Positions 50,380 to 63,266 are shown, counted from the first letter of the stretch. The stretch is DNA of 64,000 bases from Mobula hypostoma (GCF_963921235.1 NC_086097.1:230580001-230644000), one strand, 5' to 3'. Program-made: numbers and translations. The notes: generated from the letters alone by a model not told the origin.

Positions 50380-51100
50380 AGATATACAGTACTACAGCAC
50401 GGAAACAGGCCCTTTGGCCTATTTAGTCAATTCTGAGCTGTTATTCTGCCTAAAGCTATTGATCCGAACTTGCACTATTTCCCTCCCAATCCCTCCCAAC
50501 CATATCCTGATCTAGACTTGTCTTAAATGTTGCAATTGGACCTGCATGCATCATGTCCCCAGGCAACTCATAATTTTATATACCTCTATTAAATCCTTCT
50601 CATTCTTCTATGCTCCAGGGAATAAGGTCATAACCTATTCAACCTTTCCCTGTAACCCAGGTCCTCAATTCCCAGTAACATCCCTGTAAATTTTCTCTTT
50701 CAATCTTATTGTCAACTTCTCTTTCGACAGATGACACAGCAGCCCACAATACTCCAAAATTGACCTTACCAATGCCTTATACAACTCCTGTACTCAGTAC
50801 TTTGATTTACGAAGGCCAATATGCCAAATGCTTTCTTTATGACTCTATCTACCTGTGATGTCATGTTCAAAGAATTATGGATCTGTATTCCTAGATCCAG
50901 ATTTGTTCTACCACACTCTTCAGTGCCCTACTGATCACTGTGTAAGTCCTACTCCAGTTTGTCCTCCCAAAGTGCAACACTTCACACTTGTCTGCATTAA
51001 ATTCCATCTGCCATTTTTCAGCTCAAGTATTTTCCATCTGAACCAGATCCTACTGCAAATTTTGCTAGCCTTCCTTTCTGTCCACTACACCTGCAATCTT
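50380..51100 (-). mobile_element. Old CR1 3' fragment
   Basis: 3' UTR TACAGCACGGAAACAGGCCCTTTGGCC and degenerate WQMEFN.DKCEVLHFG on the minus strand. Confidence 0.75.
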
Positions 51101-51369
51101 GCTCAATTTGCACATTCAAAGCACAGGAAACAGCATATGAAACAGACACACTCTTGCATTTCACTGATATCAGAGATGGATGTGAAATGGATTAAATGGA
51201 TGTGATACATTTTGCTGTTTACAAGCCAATTTTTTGTTGAAAAGTCCATGCCTCTAATACAGCTTTCTGCATCTAATAAATAATTCCACCAGGAATGGTT
51301 AACATCATGAAATAATAGAAAACCCTAACACTGTCAAGCAAGGAGAAAGACAATATGTTCACTGCTGTG

Positions 51370-52170
51370 AAGTTCAAAGGTGAAAGTAAATTTATTATCA
51401 AAGTACATATATGTCACCATACACAACCCTGAGATGCATTCTCTTATGGGCATACTCAATAAATACATAATATATATAAGGTATCCATTAGTCTTGTGAG
51501 ACCATGGATCTGTGCCTGGAAAGTCTTCACTCTTCAAGGCGCAGGCCTGGGCAAGGTTGTATGGAAGACCGGCAGTTATACAAGGGAAGGGCAAGGGCCA
51601 ATACAGCTTGGCACCAGTGTCGTTGCAGAGCAATGTGTGGTTACGTGCCTTTCAAAGACACAACACGCTGCCTCGGCTGGGGCTCGAACTCGTCACCTTC
51701 AGGTCGCTAGTCGAACGCCTTAACCACTTGGCCACGTGCCCACACTAATAGAATAATAGACAACATAGAATAATGAAGGACTGCAACAACTTGGGCATTC
51801 ATCCAGTGTGGGTAAGAAAACAAACTCTGCAAATACAAACAGAAAGAAATAATAATAATAAACAAATAAGCAATAAATATCTAGAACAAAAAAGTGAGTC
51901 CATAGGTTGTGAGAACATTTCAATGATGGGACAAGTGAAGTTGAATGAAGTTACCCCCATTGGTTCTAGAGCCTGAGAGTTGAGGGGTAATAACAGTTCC
52001 TGTGCCTTGTGGTATGAGTCCTGTACCTCCTTCCTGATGGCAGCAGCGAGAAGAGAGCATGACCAGGATGGTGGGGGTCCTGACGGTGGACACTGCTTTC
52101 CTGCAACAACGTTTCATGTAGATGTGTTCAGTGGTGAAGAGGCTTTACCCATGATGGAATGGGCATGAAG
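51370..52170 (-). mobile_element. Old Rex1/Babar 3' fragment with a nested SINE
   Basis: RCCRKAVS..RTP.HPGHALFSLLPSGRRY-like remnant; tail GATAATAAATTTACTTTCACCTTTGAAC. Confidence 0.72.
51480..51743 (-). mobile_element. tRNA-derived SINE with a CORE-like central motif
   Basis: Minus strand GTGGGCACGTGGCCAAGTGGTTAAGGCG...GAGTTCGAGCCCC (clear A and B boxes), then GTGTCTTTGAAAGGCACGTAACC. Confidence 0.78.
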
Positions 52171-52894
52171 ATATGGTTTCTGCAGCTGATTTCCTTCTAA
52201 TGACTGTGGCATATTTACTTTATATCTTAATTTCAAAAGAAAGTTTAGAAAATTAGGCAAGATGTTAGTGGTGTTGGAAAGCTGAAATGTTCCCCAAAAT
52301 CATCCTTCCAAGAAGACAAATTGAGACTGCTGTAATGAGAACAGAATCACCAGAGAGAGACTGAAGCTAGTGGATACAGAAGTGTTTTGTTCAATAAAAT
52401 GAGACACTGTTGGAGGAAGATGCCCAATATTACATGACATTTTATATGCTAAAGATCAGTGGCAACAGTAGGACAGTTCTATAGTTACAATGTATCTATT
52501 ACACATCCCCTTCTTCGCACTCACACTCCAGACAACTGAAATGAATGTTAATCAGCATTGTCTGGTTTTCAATCAACTGCTGTCCACAGGAAACTATTGT
52601 TCAGGACTGCATTTTAAATTTAATCTACAATCCATGTTCATATCTGAAGAATGGCTGCTGTTGAACAAAGTGTTTGTTATATACCCTAACTCCAGGATAT
52701 GCATTAACAGAGACCATAACAGAGTCACCGAATTATAGCTTTGTTTACCTTACATTTGGAATATGTTCTTTGTCAATAGGACCCTGCTGATACAACAAGA
52801 TATTCTGTATGATTCTAATCATCTGTTGTCTCACTGCACAAAGATTTTTGAAGTAGGGTATATCTGCAAAGCCTCAAATCTGTAGGTAGGTAAC

Positions 52895-53397
52895 AGGAAA
52901 GATGTAAACAAGGTTGAAAGAGTACAAAGGAAATTTACAAGGATGTTGTCAGGTCTGGAGGTCCTGAGTTATAAGGAAAGATTGAATAGGTTAGGACTGT
53001 ATTAGTTAGAATGTAGAAAATTGAGGGGAGATTTGCTAGTGGTGTACAGAATTATGAGGGATATAGATAGAGTAAGTGCAAGCAGGCATTTTCCAGTGAG
53101 GTCGGGTGCGACTACAACCAGAGGTCATGGGTTAAGGGTGAAAGGCGATAAGTTTAAGTGGAACATGAGGGGAAACCTCTTTATTCAGAGGGTCATAAGA
53201 GTGTGGAAAGAGTTGCCCACACAAGTGGTGCATGCAATCTTTATTTCAATGTTTAGGAGAAATTTGGATAGGTGCATGGATATGGAGGGCGATGGTCCCT
53301 GTGCAGGTCGATGGGAGTAGGCAGTTTAAATGGTTTTAGTATGGACTAGATGGGCTAAAGGGCCTGTTTCCATGCTGTACTTCTCTATGATTCTACA
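52895..53397 (+). mobile_element. CR1 3' fragment
   Basis: ORF 53021..53320 (LRGDLLVVYRIMR, TRGHGLRV); 3' UTR GATGGGCTAAAGGGCCTGTTTCC. Confidence 0.85.
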
Positions 53398-53690
53398 ACT
53401 CTATCTGGTAAATTTAAGAAACATTCATAGCGAATGCATGCAAAACCAGTGATACTCAGAAGTCTTTCACAAAATTGTTTAACTGCTGACTTTAGTTTGT
53501 GTAATCACTTTTAAGTACCATTTCATTTTCAGAACATTTTAGAGGTTACATTTCTGTTATTTTATGGGACATTATCCTCTGATACTCTAGAAATATTGGT
53601 TCTGGTGTAAAGGAGTATGAAAAATAATTGTAGAGTTAGAATGATAAGGGATTCCTCTGAAAGGAATCCCTTATCCCCTAAAAGGATGTA

Positions 53691-54242
53691 TACTCTGTGG
53701 CCACTTTATTAGACACTTCCTGTATCTAATAAAGTGGCCACTGAGTGTATGTTTAAGTGGATATCTGCTGCTGTGGCCCATCCACTTCAAGGTTCAACAT
53801 GTGTGTTCAGAGATGCTCTTCTGCACACCACATTGAAATGGATGGTTATTTCAGTTACTGTCACATTCCTGCCAGCTTGAACCAGTCTGGCCATTCTCCT
53901 CTGACCTCTCTCATTAACAAGGCTTTTTTGCCACAGAACTGCCACTCACTGGATTTTTTGTGGGGTTTTTTTTTGCACCATTCTTTGCAAACTTATGAGA
54001 CTTCTATGCATGAAAATCCCAGGAGATCAGCTGATTCTGAGCTTCTCATCCCACCCCATCTGGCACCAATAATCATTCTACAAAGTCATTTCAATCACGT
54101 TTCTTCCCCATTCCGAATAACAACTGAACCTCTTGACCACGTCTGCGTGCTTTTATACAGTTGCTGCCCCGTGATTGGCTGATTAGGTATTTGCATTAAT
54201 GAGCAAACATACAGTTGTGCCTAATAAAGTGGCCACTAGGTG
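53691..54242 (-). mobile_element. Non-autonomous Tc1-like element
   Basis: TA-flanked TIRs (GTGGCCACTTTATTAG / CTAATAAAGTGGCCAC); collinear with 17946-18472. Confidence 0.85.
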
Positions 54243-54589
54243 TACATTGACTTCCTTTGTGCAAGGGTCTGGTACCAATGTCTAAATTGAGACGTTTTCT
54301 AAAGTGGTGAGATGTGTTTAGACAGAATGATAGAGGAACGGGAACCAGTGCAAGGTAACTACAGAGGGGAAAACAGGGACAGAAATGACAAAAAAAAACA
54401 ACAGAATGCAAAAAGAGCAAGCAGAAAATAAAGTGTTAGAGGTAAACAGCATGTGAAATTAACTACATTTTTAAAAAGACAAACTTATTCCTCAGTGGCT
54501 ACTTCAGTAGGTACACTAGTGCACCTGCTCATTTGAGCATCTCAGAAACTATTAATCTCCTGGGATTTTCATGTACACCAGTCTCTTGT

Positions 54590-55190
54590 AGTCAAGTACC
54601 CTGAAACGTCATCTTTAATAATGGATTTCAACATCTTCCCAACCACTGAAGTCAGGCTAATTGGCCTGTAATTTCCTTTCTTTTGCCTCCCTCCCTTCTT
54701 AAACAGTAGAGTGATATTTGCAATTTTCCAGTCCTCCAGAACCATTCCAGAATCTGTGATTCCTGAAAGGTCACTACTAATGCCTCCACAATCTCTTCGG
54801 CTACCTATTTCCAAACCTTGGTGCGTAGTCCAGGTGACTTATCTACCTCCAGACCTTTCAGCTTCCCTGGCACCTTCTCCTTGGTACTAGCAACTAAACT
54901 TACTTCTGTCCCATGACAGTCACAAATTTTTGGGATACTGCCAGTGGCTTCCACTGTGAAGACTGATGCAAAATACTTAATAAGTTCATCCGCCATTTCC
55001 TTGTACTCTATTACTACCTCTCCAGTGTCATTTTCCAGTGAACCAACTTTTGGTATCCTCTTTTATATTATTAGCTAGCTTACCTTCATATTTACTTTTT
55101 CTCACCTTATGGCTTATTTAGTTCCTTTCTGATGGTTTTTAAAAGCTTCCCAATCTACTAACTTTCCAATAATTTTTGCTCTATTATACC
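54590..55190 (-). mobile_element. CR1 internal fragment
   Basis: DWKIANITLLFKKGGRQKKGNYRPISLTSVVGK and YFASVFT motifs. Confidence 0.82.
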
Positions 55191-55600
55191 CCGACCCCGC
55201 TTAACGCTCCTCTGCATAGCAATAATTTGTTACAACGTGGTTATTCAATTTGCTATTGAAAAATTTTTTAATGACAAAAATTCATTTGAAACAACATTTA
55301 AAACCTGTCAAGAGCGGCCGCCATTATAGTAAACATTCAATCAGCCAATGAGAGTGCTTTACACATGCTCTGAGCCTCTCACAAAGAAGCCGAAGCTCGA
55401 GGAGAACTTGTAGCCTGGCCCCTCCTCAAGGTGTAACCACCACCCGCTTTCCTCCGCTGCTGCTCCACTGATGTACGGGATAGGCCTATTTGCATGTTTG
55501 TTAGTCCACCGAAAGTCATCCAGGTGCAGCTGCACTTCCTTAATATGGTCTCTACGGAGCTGAAACTCAGTACACCCGGTGCAAATGTAGTTATCACGGT

Positions 55601-56225
55601 AGGAGGAGAAGATGGCGGTGCGCCGCGTGTGCGCAGCTCTCCGGTGAAAATGATGTCGTATCTGTTAAGTAGGGGCCGTGGACAATTCTGATTTGATGGA
55701 GAATGGACGTGAAAGCACAGAGGAACATCTGGAGAAATTTCTGAAATGCCTGTCCGCTGCTGTCGTTACTGCACGGTTGGGAATCTTTCAGAGGGTAGGC
55801 CACAAAATCCCTGGCCTTGCCTGCTTTTGGCGACCAAGAAGGAGGTCGAATCCTTCGGACAGAGATGGCGCTCAGTACTCGGTGTCGGAGAGCTGATCAG
55901 AACTCGAAGTTTTCGGATGACTCAGAGTCGGATTGTGGTCAGCATGGCAGGGAGAGATTTTCTTCCTTCTCCCGTCTGCGTGAGATGTGATTTGAGAGAC
56001 TTTGAACTTTACTGTTCTCATGGATTTCTTCATCAAGTTATGGTATTGTTGTACTGTGGTAACTATATGTTATAATTATGTGGTTTTGTCAGTTTTTTCA
56101 GTCTTGGTCTGTCTTGTGTTTTGTGATATCACACCGGAGGAAATAATGTATCATTTCTTAATGCATGCATTACTAAATGACAATAAAAGAGGACTACATG
56201 TCTTCATAATCATAATCATAATCAT
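55601..56225 (+). mobile_element. AAGATGGCG-family non-autonomous element, full-length copy
   Basis: GGAGGAGAAGATGGCGGTG head; GAGGACTACATGTCTTC then a (ATAATC)n tail. Confidence 0.8.
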
Positions 56226-57149
56226 ATCAGGGAGAATGGAGGTCTCCTAAAGTTCCCACATCTCACACAAAGAACATACCACTAACTCTGGACTCATTCT
56301 CACTGCACCAGTGATGTACTAATAGACAAAGAAAGAGAAAAAAGATACTAGAAACTTATTAGAACCTCTACCTGTCCTTGCTGAAGCTATTGAGCCACAG
56401 CCTGACCTCTCTAACACTGGCCCACTCCAACAATGGCTACTCCCACAGTGGGAACTCTGCCTTCACCTCGCTTCTTTATGAGCTCAAATAAAGCTCACTC
56501 CCACTGAGACTTGTCCTTTCCAAATGGTTCCTACCCTACAGCGATGCCAATCATTCAAGGAATGACACTCCTGACGACACTGGTCCTATTCAAATGGCTC
56601 CCGCCCTGCAACAGGTGCCAGTCTCTCACTTGTTATTTAAAGAAGGGCAGGAAAGTGACTTTGGGGGATATTGGATGAACCATACTCCTACTGAATGGTG
56701 GAGCAGACAGAAGGGCTATTCTTTTTCCTGTTCTTCATGGTCTTTACACTCAGATATATTTCCATTCAACTATTTATTCATCTCATCCAAGTATTTTCTC
56801 TGTGGAACAATATATTTCTTTTTACTTTCAAATTATACATTAACATGTCCAAAATGTTTTCCCTGATTCTCTCATAAATCAGACAGATATTTTATAGAAA
56901 CAAGTATGTTATCTTGGTATGGCAAATCGTATAACTTTGGCCCCCTATTAGAAACAGAACATTTTTAAAATTGATTTGGATTAGACCCAATCAAGATACA
57001 GCAATTATACATTTTGCGTAACTGTGTCAGCTAATGGCCACAACTTCTCCGACCATCTCTCCAAAGCAAAGTTGCCGGTGCCCCTTCTTTCCAAACGATC
57101 CACCCAAAACTATTATAGTACTTCACTGGCCTTCACTGTTGAGACAACC

Positions 57150-57305
57150 AATATTGTTCTGCTCTAATTCTCCATCGCTGTTTGTGGATACCAGCTGGTA
57201 GCAACCAGCTGCCACGTTTCCATCATCATAACAACAACTGCACAGCTCAGAAAACACATTGACGGATCCTACAGTTGTAGGGTGCAATTGCAAGCTTTAT
57301 CTTTT
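57150..57305 (+). mobile_element. Ancient Deu-SINE-like remnant
   Basis: CATCGCTGTTTGTGG...GCTGCCACGTTTCC...TGCAAGCTTTATCTTTT resembles the SacSINE1/AmnSINE1 3' region (compared from memory, not aligned). Confidence 0.45.
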
Positions 57306-58200
57306 TGCAGTAAGCAAGTACTGTATTTGCTATGTGCAATTTTAGTGTCTACATTTAATTATTTAAATCTCTTTTGTAGGGAGCAGATGGCTTATGGAAT
57401 CTCAATGACTGATGCATTCTGTCTCATTACTTGAGGTCAGAGCTCCATGGCCTCCATAAGAGTGTTATCTTTCGAACATTACCAATTAGTGGTAGCCTTC
57501 TTCACAGTAAGAATTCCCTAGTTAGCAATGAACTTTCACTGGATTTGATGTTTTTGAAAGGGTCATTCAGCTTCCATAGACGTAGCAGGCTTTTCTAACT
57601 GAGTCTCATGGGCAAGGATATTACCAACCAGTGATTTAAATTTGACATCGGGCAATGTATCACAGGCCTCTTGCATTACTAAAGCTGACGTCATCCTTTC
57701 AGAACTTGGTAGTTGTATAAATTGTGGTAGCATCTTTCCTGCTGGGAATACATGTTTCAGGAAATGGTAGAGGTCTGACTACTTCCATGATATTAAGTAG
57801 ATCATTGATCTGAACAGAGGAAAGCCACTTTCATGATGGTTCAGTGGGGACTTGCTGTGCAGGTTCTCTTCACTGAATTGATAAGCCATATTCATCATTC
57901 TGTGCGTCAGCTTATTATGACTCAATTACATCACTGCATATCCAAACATTGTTCAAAAAGACTCAGTACAAATGGAATTCAAATGGATGCTATCCAACAC
58001 AATGGCTTGAACTTACACATAGGAAAGGTTCATTAGTGTATTAACAGGCTGGAATAAAATGTATTACATTTTGTTCTTGGCAACTGTCACTCAATAAATT
58101 TGAAAAGATTGTCTTATGGTTAATGATCATTTTGAGAAGATGAGATCATCCCCAGGCTGCTTGAATTATTGACTGACAGTGAATTAACGCCAGCAATACT

Positions 58201-58715
58201 CACTCAGGGCCACTTTATTGGGTACACCTGTACATCTGCTCGTTCATGCAGGTATCTAAACAGCCAATAATGCAGCAGCACCTCAATGCATAAAGAGCAT
58301 GCAGATGTGGTCAAGAGGTTCAGTTGTTGTTCAGACCAAACATCAGAATGGGGAAGAAATTTGATCTAAGTGATCTTGACCGTGGAATGTTTGTTGGTGC
58401 CGGACAGGGTAGTTTGAATATCTCAGAAACTGATCTCCTGGGATTTTCATGCACAACCGTCTCTAGAGTTTACCGAGAATGGTGCAAAAACCAAAAGGCG
58501 TCCAGTGAGCAGGAGTTGTGTGGATGAAAACACCTTGCTAATAAGAGAGGTCAAAGGAGAATAGCTGGACTGGTTCACAGGGAGGTGACGGTAACTCAAG
58601 TAAACACACGTTACACCAGTGGTGTGCAGAAGAGTGTCTCAGAATGCACAACATGTGGAACCTTGAAGTGCACTAGATCACTCCAGATTCCGCTCTGTAC
58701 CTGATAAAGTGGCCA
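58201..58715 (+). mobile_element. Non-autonomous Tc1-like element
   Basis: ORF 58324..58527 (MGKKFDLSDLDRGMFVGA...GFSCTTVSRVYREWC); TIR remnants at both ends. Confidence 0.85.
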
Positions 58716-59015
58716 ATGTTAATGATAACATAAACTGAGACCAGCCAATGCTCCCATATTTTTAAAATGTTTGAGCTTTATGGACATTTAGTGTCCATAC
58801 CTAGCCGTCTTTGAGAGGGTGATAGTGAGTTGTCTCCTTGAACTGCTGCATTCTGGTCCCACAGTGGTAGTAGAGACGGCGTTCTAGAATTTAGATTCAG
58901 CGACAATGATGGGGCATAAGACTCTGAAGGTCATGGGAGTGTCTGAATTCACTGCCAGTGTCTGGTCAGTTTAAGTCCTTCTCTGTTTAAATGTAGCAAT
59001 TTCGATATAACTGAA

Positions 59016-59620
59016 ACAGCAGGAATTCTGCAGATGCTGGAAGTTCAAGCAACACACATCAAAGTTGCTGGTGAACGCAGCAGGCCAGGCAGCATCTCTA
59101 GGAAGAGGTACAGTCGACGTTTCAGGCCGAGACCCTTCGTCAGGACTAACTGAAGGAAGAGTTAGTAAGAGATTTGAAAGTGGGAGGGGGAGGGGGAGAT
59201 CCAAAATGATAGGAGAAGACAGGAGGGGGAGGGATGGAGCCAAGAGCCGGGCAGGTGATTGGCAAAAGGGATATGAGAGGATCATGGGACAGGAGGCCCA
59301 GGGAGAAGGAAAAGGGGGAAGGGGGGAAAACCCAGAGGAATGGCAAGGGGTATAGTCAGAGGGACAGAGGGAGAAAAAGGAGAGTGAGAGAAAGAATGTG
59401 TGTATATAAATAAATAACGGATGGGGTACGGGGGAGGAAGTGGGGCATTAGTGGAAGTTAGAGAAGTCGATGTTCATGCCATCAGGTTGGAGGCTACCAC
59501 TTACCAACTCTTCCTTCAGTTAGTCCTGACGAAGGGTCTTGGCCTGAAGCGTCGACTGTACCTCTTCCTAGAGATGCTGCCTGGCCTGCTGCGTTCACCA
59601 GCAACTTTGATGTGTGTTGC
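59016..59620. mobile_element. Penelope-like two-armed inverted insertion (minus arm 59016-59498, plus arm 59500-59620)
   Basis: Perfect 14-bp TSD TCGATATAACTGAA at 59002-59015 and 59621-59634; both arms carry the hammerhead. Confidence 0.93.
59112..59147 (-). ncRNA. Minimal type-I hammerhead ribozyme with an intact core
   Basis: AGTC-CTGACGA-AGGGTCTCGGCCT-GAAA-CGTC-GACT: stem I AGTC/GACT, CUGANGA, short stem II, GAAA, palindromic ACGT in place of stem III, GUC cleavage triplet. Confidence 0.8.
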
Positions 59621-60717
59621 TCGATATAACTGAATTGCTTTCTCGGCCATTTCAGAAGGCACTTAAGATTCAAACACATTGTATGAGTCTGGAACTGCAT
59701 GCAGGCCAGAATGGATAAAGATGGCACATTTCTTCCCAGAAAGATGGATTTTTACACAATCTGCTGCTGTTGACGGTCATCCTTACCAATGACTATTCAA
59801 TAGATTTGTTCCTCAATCTTCAATTCAAAATCCTCAGCTGCCATGGTGGGATTTTACCTCGGGTGTCTGGGTTACTAGTCTGATAATTTACTTGCTGTGT
59901 CACCAATGTACATTTAATGATTAGATAGCCTGAAAGGACTGATGTTGTTTCTGAATTATGAAGCAAGCTTACAACCAGATTGGAATCTTTCAGTGGGGCT
60001 GCTGCTATTTATTATCATTTAGAATTTATAACTCACTTTGTAAAATGAAGTTTGAGCTAAGTAAAAATAGATAATCCTAGAACATAACATGCTATGTAGC
60101 ACCCAATGGTGAGAGAAAATGTTTCCATTGAATGTTTCCAGCATCTTTTGCTTTCATTCCAGGTTTCAAGCACCCCTGAGGATTTTGTTCCCGTGTCAAG
60201 TGAAGAAAACTGACTTTGTGACTTATCATTATAATCTAAATGGTCAAATTAATTGAGGAACTTACTGGAAAGAAAATTACAGCTGTATTAACGTTGAGAT
60301 TGTCAACTCACAGTTTACTGTTTGATGTATCTTTGGACACTGGGAAACATATAACCAGACGTAGGATTCCAGAGGCGGCCCATCCGAGATATTCTGGGCC
60401 TTCACGTGCTGGGCTTGTGTGGTTTTCTATGAGACGGTCCACTGAAATCCGTAATTTGTCATGAACCTCAACAGTTCATACACGAACCTCACTATAAAAA
60501 AGGTGAATAAGGTTTAACCAAGTTTTTTAAATTACATCTTCATTGCTGGATACTAGTACCCTAACAGCTAACAGTAGCTCATATCGGAAAAAAAAACAAC
60601 CCATGCCACCCTGTTGAATTATAAACAAATTTCTCTGAGGTCAGCAATGAGTACACTTCAGGCTCTGTTAACAGAAAAGAAAGCTGAACCATGGTCTAAT
60701 ATTGTTTGTTTAGGCCT

Positions 60718-61550
60718 TGTGACGAGAATACACATAGATGTTAGCTGTCCTGTGAGATCAGCCGTGGTCTGCCACCTGTCCTCAGGGGAAGGAGAGATAA
60801 GGAACAATGAAGCAGCATCTGGAGATGTGTAATGAAGGGACGGGAGAGAGAGCTGTCTAGAGCGGCTCCCCCTTTGAACCCTGAACTGTTTGAAGTGATG
60901 GACAGGCGATACCCCAGCAGGGGGATAAAAAGGGACAGGTTCGCTAAGACACACACACGACACTCGAGGTAACGAGACCCTGGGAGCGGTGCGCCTCTCA
61001 CGAGTCGGTGGGAAGTACCGGACCTTAAACGCACAGAAAGGTACGATCAGCGGGAACCCGGTGTGTGTCCACCCTCGCTTGGGTGCCGGGTTCACTGCAG
61101 AGGATCGACCGCATCTGGAGGAGGGGTCACAGTCGGTGACCCCAGGTGACATCACAAAGGACTCGCCCGAAAGCTGCTTGTGCGCAATATCGCCGGTCTG
61201 TGAGTGGAAGCCGTTTCTGAATGATCAGTCGTTCTCGTTCTCTCTCTCCCTCACCCCACGTTGTCTATCGCCATGGCAACGATTACTGCGAACTGAACTA
61301 AATTGGACTGAACTTTGTGTCACTTTGAAATTGGTCATTTACCCCTAGACAACGATAGAGCTTGATTGATGCTGTTATCTTAATTTTTTGTACATGTGTG
61401 TTTATCATTGCTGAATTGTTGCATTTATTATCCTTTCGATTACTGTGTTGCTTGTTTCTTTAATAAAACTTTCTTAGTTCTAGTAATCCAGACTCCAACT
61501 GAGTGATCCATTTCTGCTGGTTTGGCAACCCAGTTACGGGGTACGTAACA
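60718..61550 (+). mobile_element. Young solo LTR (833 bp), probably Gypsy-type
   Basis: TGTGACG...CGTAACA termini; TSD GCCT at 60714-60717 and 61551-61554; GATAAAA (~60924) and AATAAA (~61462); CpGs retained. Confidence 0.9.
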
Positions 61551-61644
61551 GCCTGCACAGGACAATAATTTTATGTCATGAAATAATATCTTCAAACTTC
61601 TTCAAAACTGGAAATTGGTGGCAAGCACGCAAGTAATCTTGTAA

Positions 61645-62135
61645 GTAGTCTGTGGTGGCCAGTGCTATCATGTTTGCTGTTGTGTGCTGGGGCAGCAGGT
61701 TGAGGGTAGCAGACACAAACAGAATCAACAAGCTCATTCGTAAGGCCGGTGATGTGGGGATGGAGCTGGACTCTCTGATGGTGGTGTCTGAAAAGAGGAT
61801 GCTGTCTAAGTTGCATGCCATCTTGGACAATGTCTCCCATCCACTACATAATGTACTGGGTGGGCACAGGAGTACATTCAGCCAGAGACTCATTCCTCCG
61901 AGATGCAACACTGAGCGTCATAGGAAGTCATTCCTGCCTGTGGCCATCAAACTTTACAACTCCTCCCTTGGAGGGTCAGACACCCTGAGCCAATAGGCTG
62001 ATCCTGGACTTATCTCCTGGTGTAATTTACATATTACTATTTAACTATTTATGGTTTTATTACTATTTATTATTTATGGTGCAACTGTAATGAAAACCAA
62101 TTTCCCCCGGGATCAATAAAGTATGACTATGACTA
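61645..62135 (+). mobile_element. Rex1/Babar 3' fragment
   Basis: ORF 61652..61996 is almost identical to 26762..27133; (TATGAC)n tail. Confidence 0.9.
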
Positions 62136-62894
62136 TCTTGGATGAGTTGTTGGGATTGGTTTACAAGTATTTTTAACTGTTATGTATTGCGGAATATTCT
62201 CATTCTTTGCAATATATTGATATCTAAAATAAAGATGAATTGAAATTGATCTAATCAACGAATCCATTGCATCTTTCAGTTTTGCCTCCCACCATGCTGG
62301 TACATCAAATCCACTACCAAACAACTTAGGTAATTCTGCACACTTGGGACTTTGCTGGTGCTGGACTTCGGAGGTTATTGGATATTATTCACCAATTCCC
62401 TAACACACTTTTAATCCTACTGAAATGATTTGGCTGTTTATTCCCTTCCTTAGGTACCTTCTGATCTGCCGACTATTTCTAGCACCTGCAGAATCTCGTG
62501 TTTACAATTTTAATTAGTTTTTTTTGTGTTGTCATAAAGGATAATAGTAAATTTTCCACAGAACTCAGGGAAGCACAGGAACCCAGCGAGTCCTGAGGCA
62601 TTGTGATATTCCAATGGAATCTTGGTGGCGAGATGGCAAATGGTGAGGCTTGGTTGGCGGAGAGGGGCATTGGTCTCGGGGAGAGTTGACCTAGTGAATG
62701 CTTCTGTGAGTGCAAGGACCTAGTCAATCTAAGGGAGCATGGGGACCTGGCAAATCTCAGGAGAGTACTGGGGCCCAGTGGAGTCTAGCATAGTGCAGAA
62801 ATTCTTCGGTCTTGGGGGAGTGCGTGAAACACTAGCTGGTGATGTTAAACGATGGCAATTTCCAAATAGTTGAATAACTGATTTCTACATATTT

Positions 62895-63266
62895 CCACCC
62901 AGCCAACACACTTTTCGTCCTTCTTCCCTCAGGGAGAAGGCTCAGGAGCTTGAAGACTCATACAGCCAGATTTGGGAACAGCTTCTTTCCAACTGTGATA
63001 AGACTGCTGAACGGATCCTGACCTGGATCTGAGCCGTACCCTCCAAATATCCGGACCTGCTTATCGTTTTTTTTGCACTACCTTACTTTCCATTTTTCTA
63101 TTTTCTATTTATGATTTATAATTTAAATTTTTAATATTTACTCATTTTTAATATTTTTAATATTTAGTATTTGTAATCCAGGGAGCGGGAAGCACAGAAT
63201 CAAATATCGCTGTGATGTTTGTACATTCTAGTATCAATTGTTTGGCGACAATAAAGTATAAAGTAT
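62895..63266 (+). mobile_element. Rex1/Babar 3' fragment
   Basis: HPANTLFVLLPSGRRLRSLKTHTARFGNSFFPTVIRLLN; (AAAGTAT)n tail. Confidence 0.85.

Larger units (their letters stand above)
58780..59905 (-). mobile_element. Old SINE-like repeat interrupted by the Penelope insertion
   Basis: Minus-strand tRNA-like head (GACTAGTAACCCAGA...AAATCCCACCATGGCAGCTG) near 59830-59905; highly degenerate. Confidence 0.45.

Noticed and set aside
51670..51743. tRNA gene
   Set aside because: A and B boxes run straight into a SINE body and I could not find a proper acceptor stem or terminator; it is a SINE head.
57380..57506. Exon-like segment (TTTTGTAG...CA|GTAAGA)
   Set aside because: Stops in all three frames; at most a non-coding exon, with no other support.
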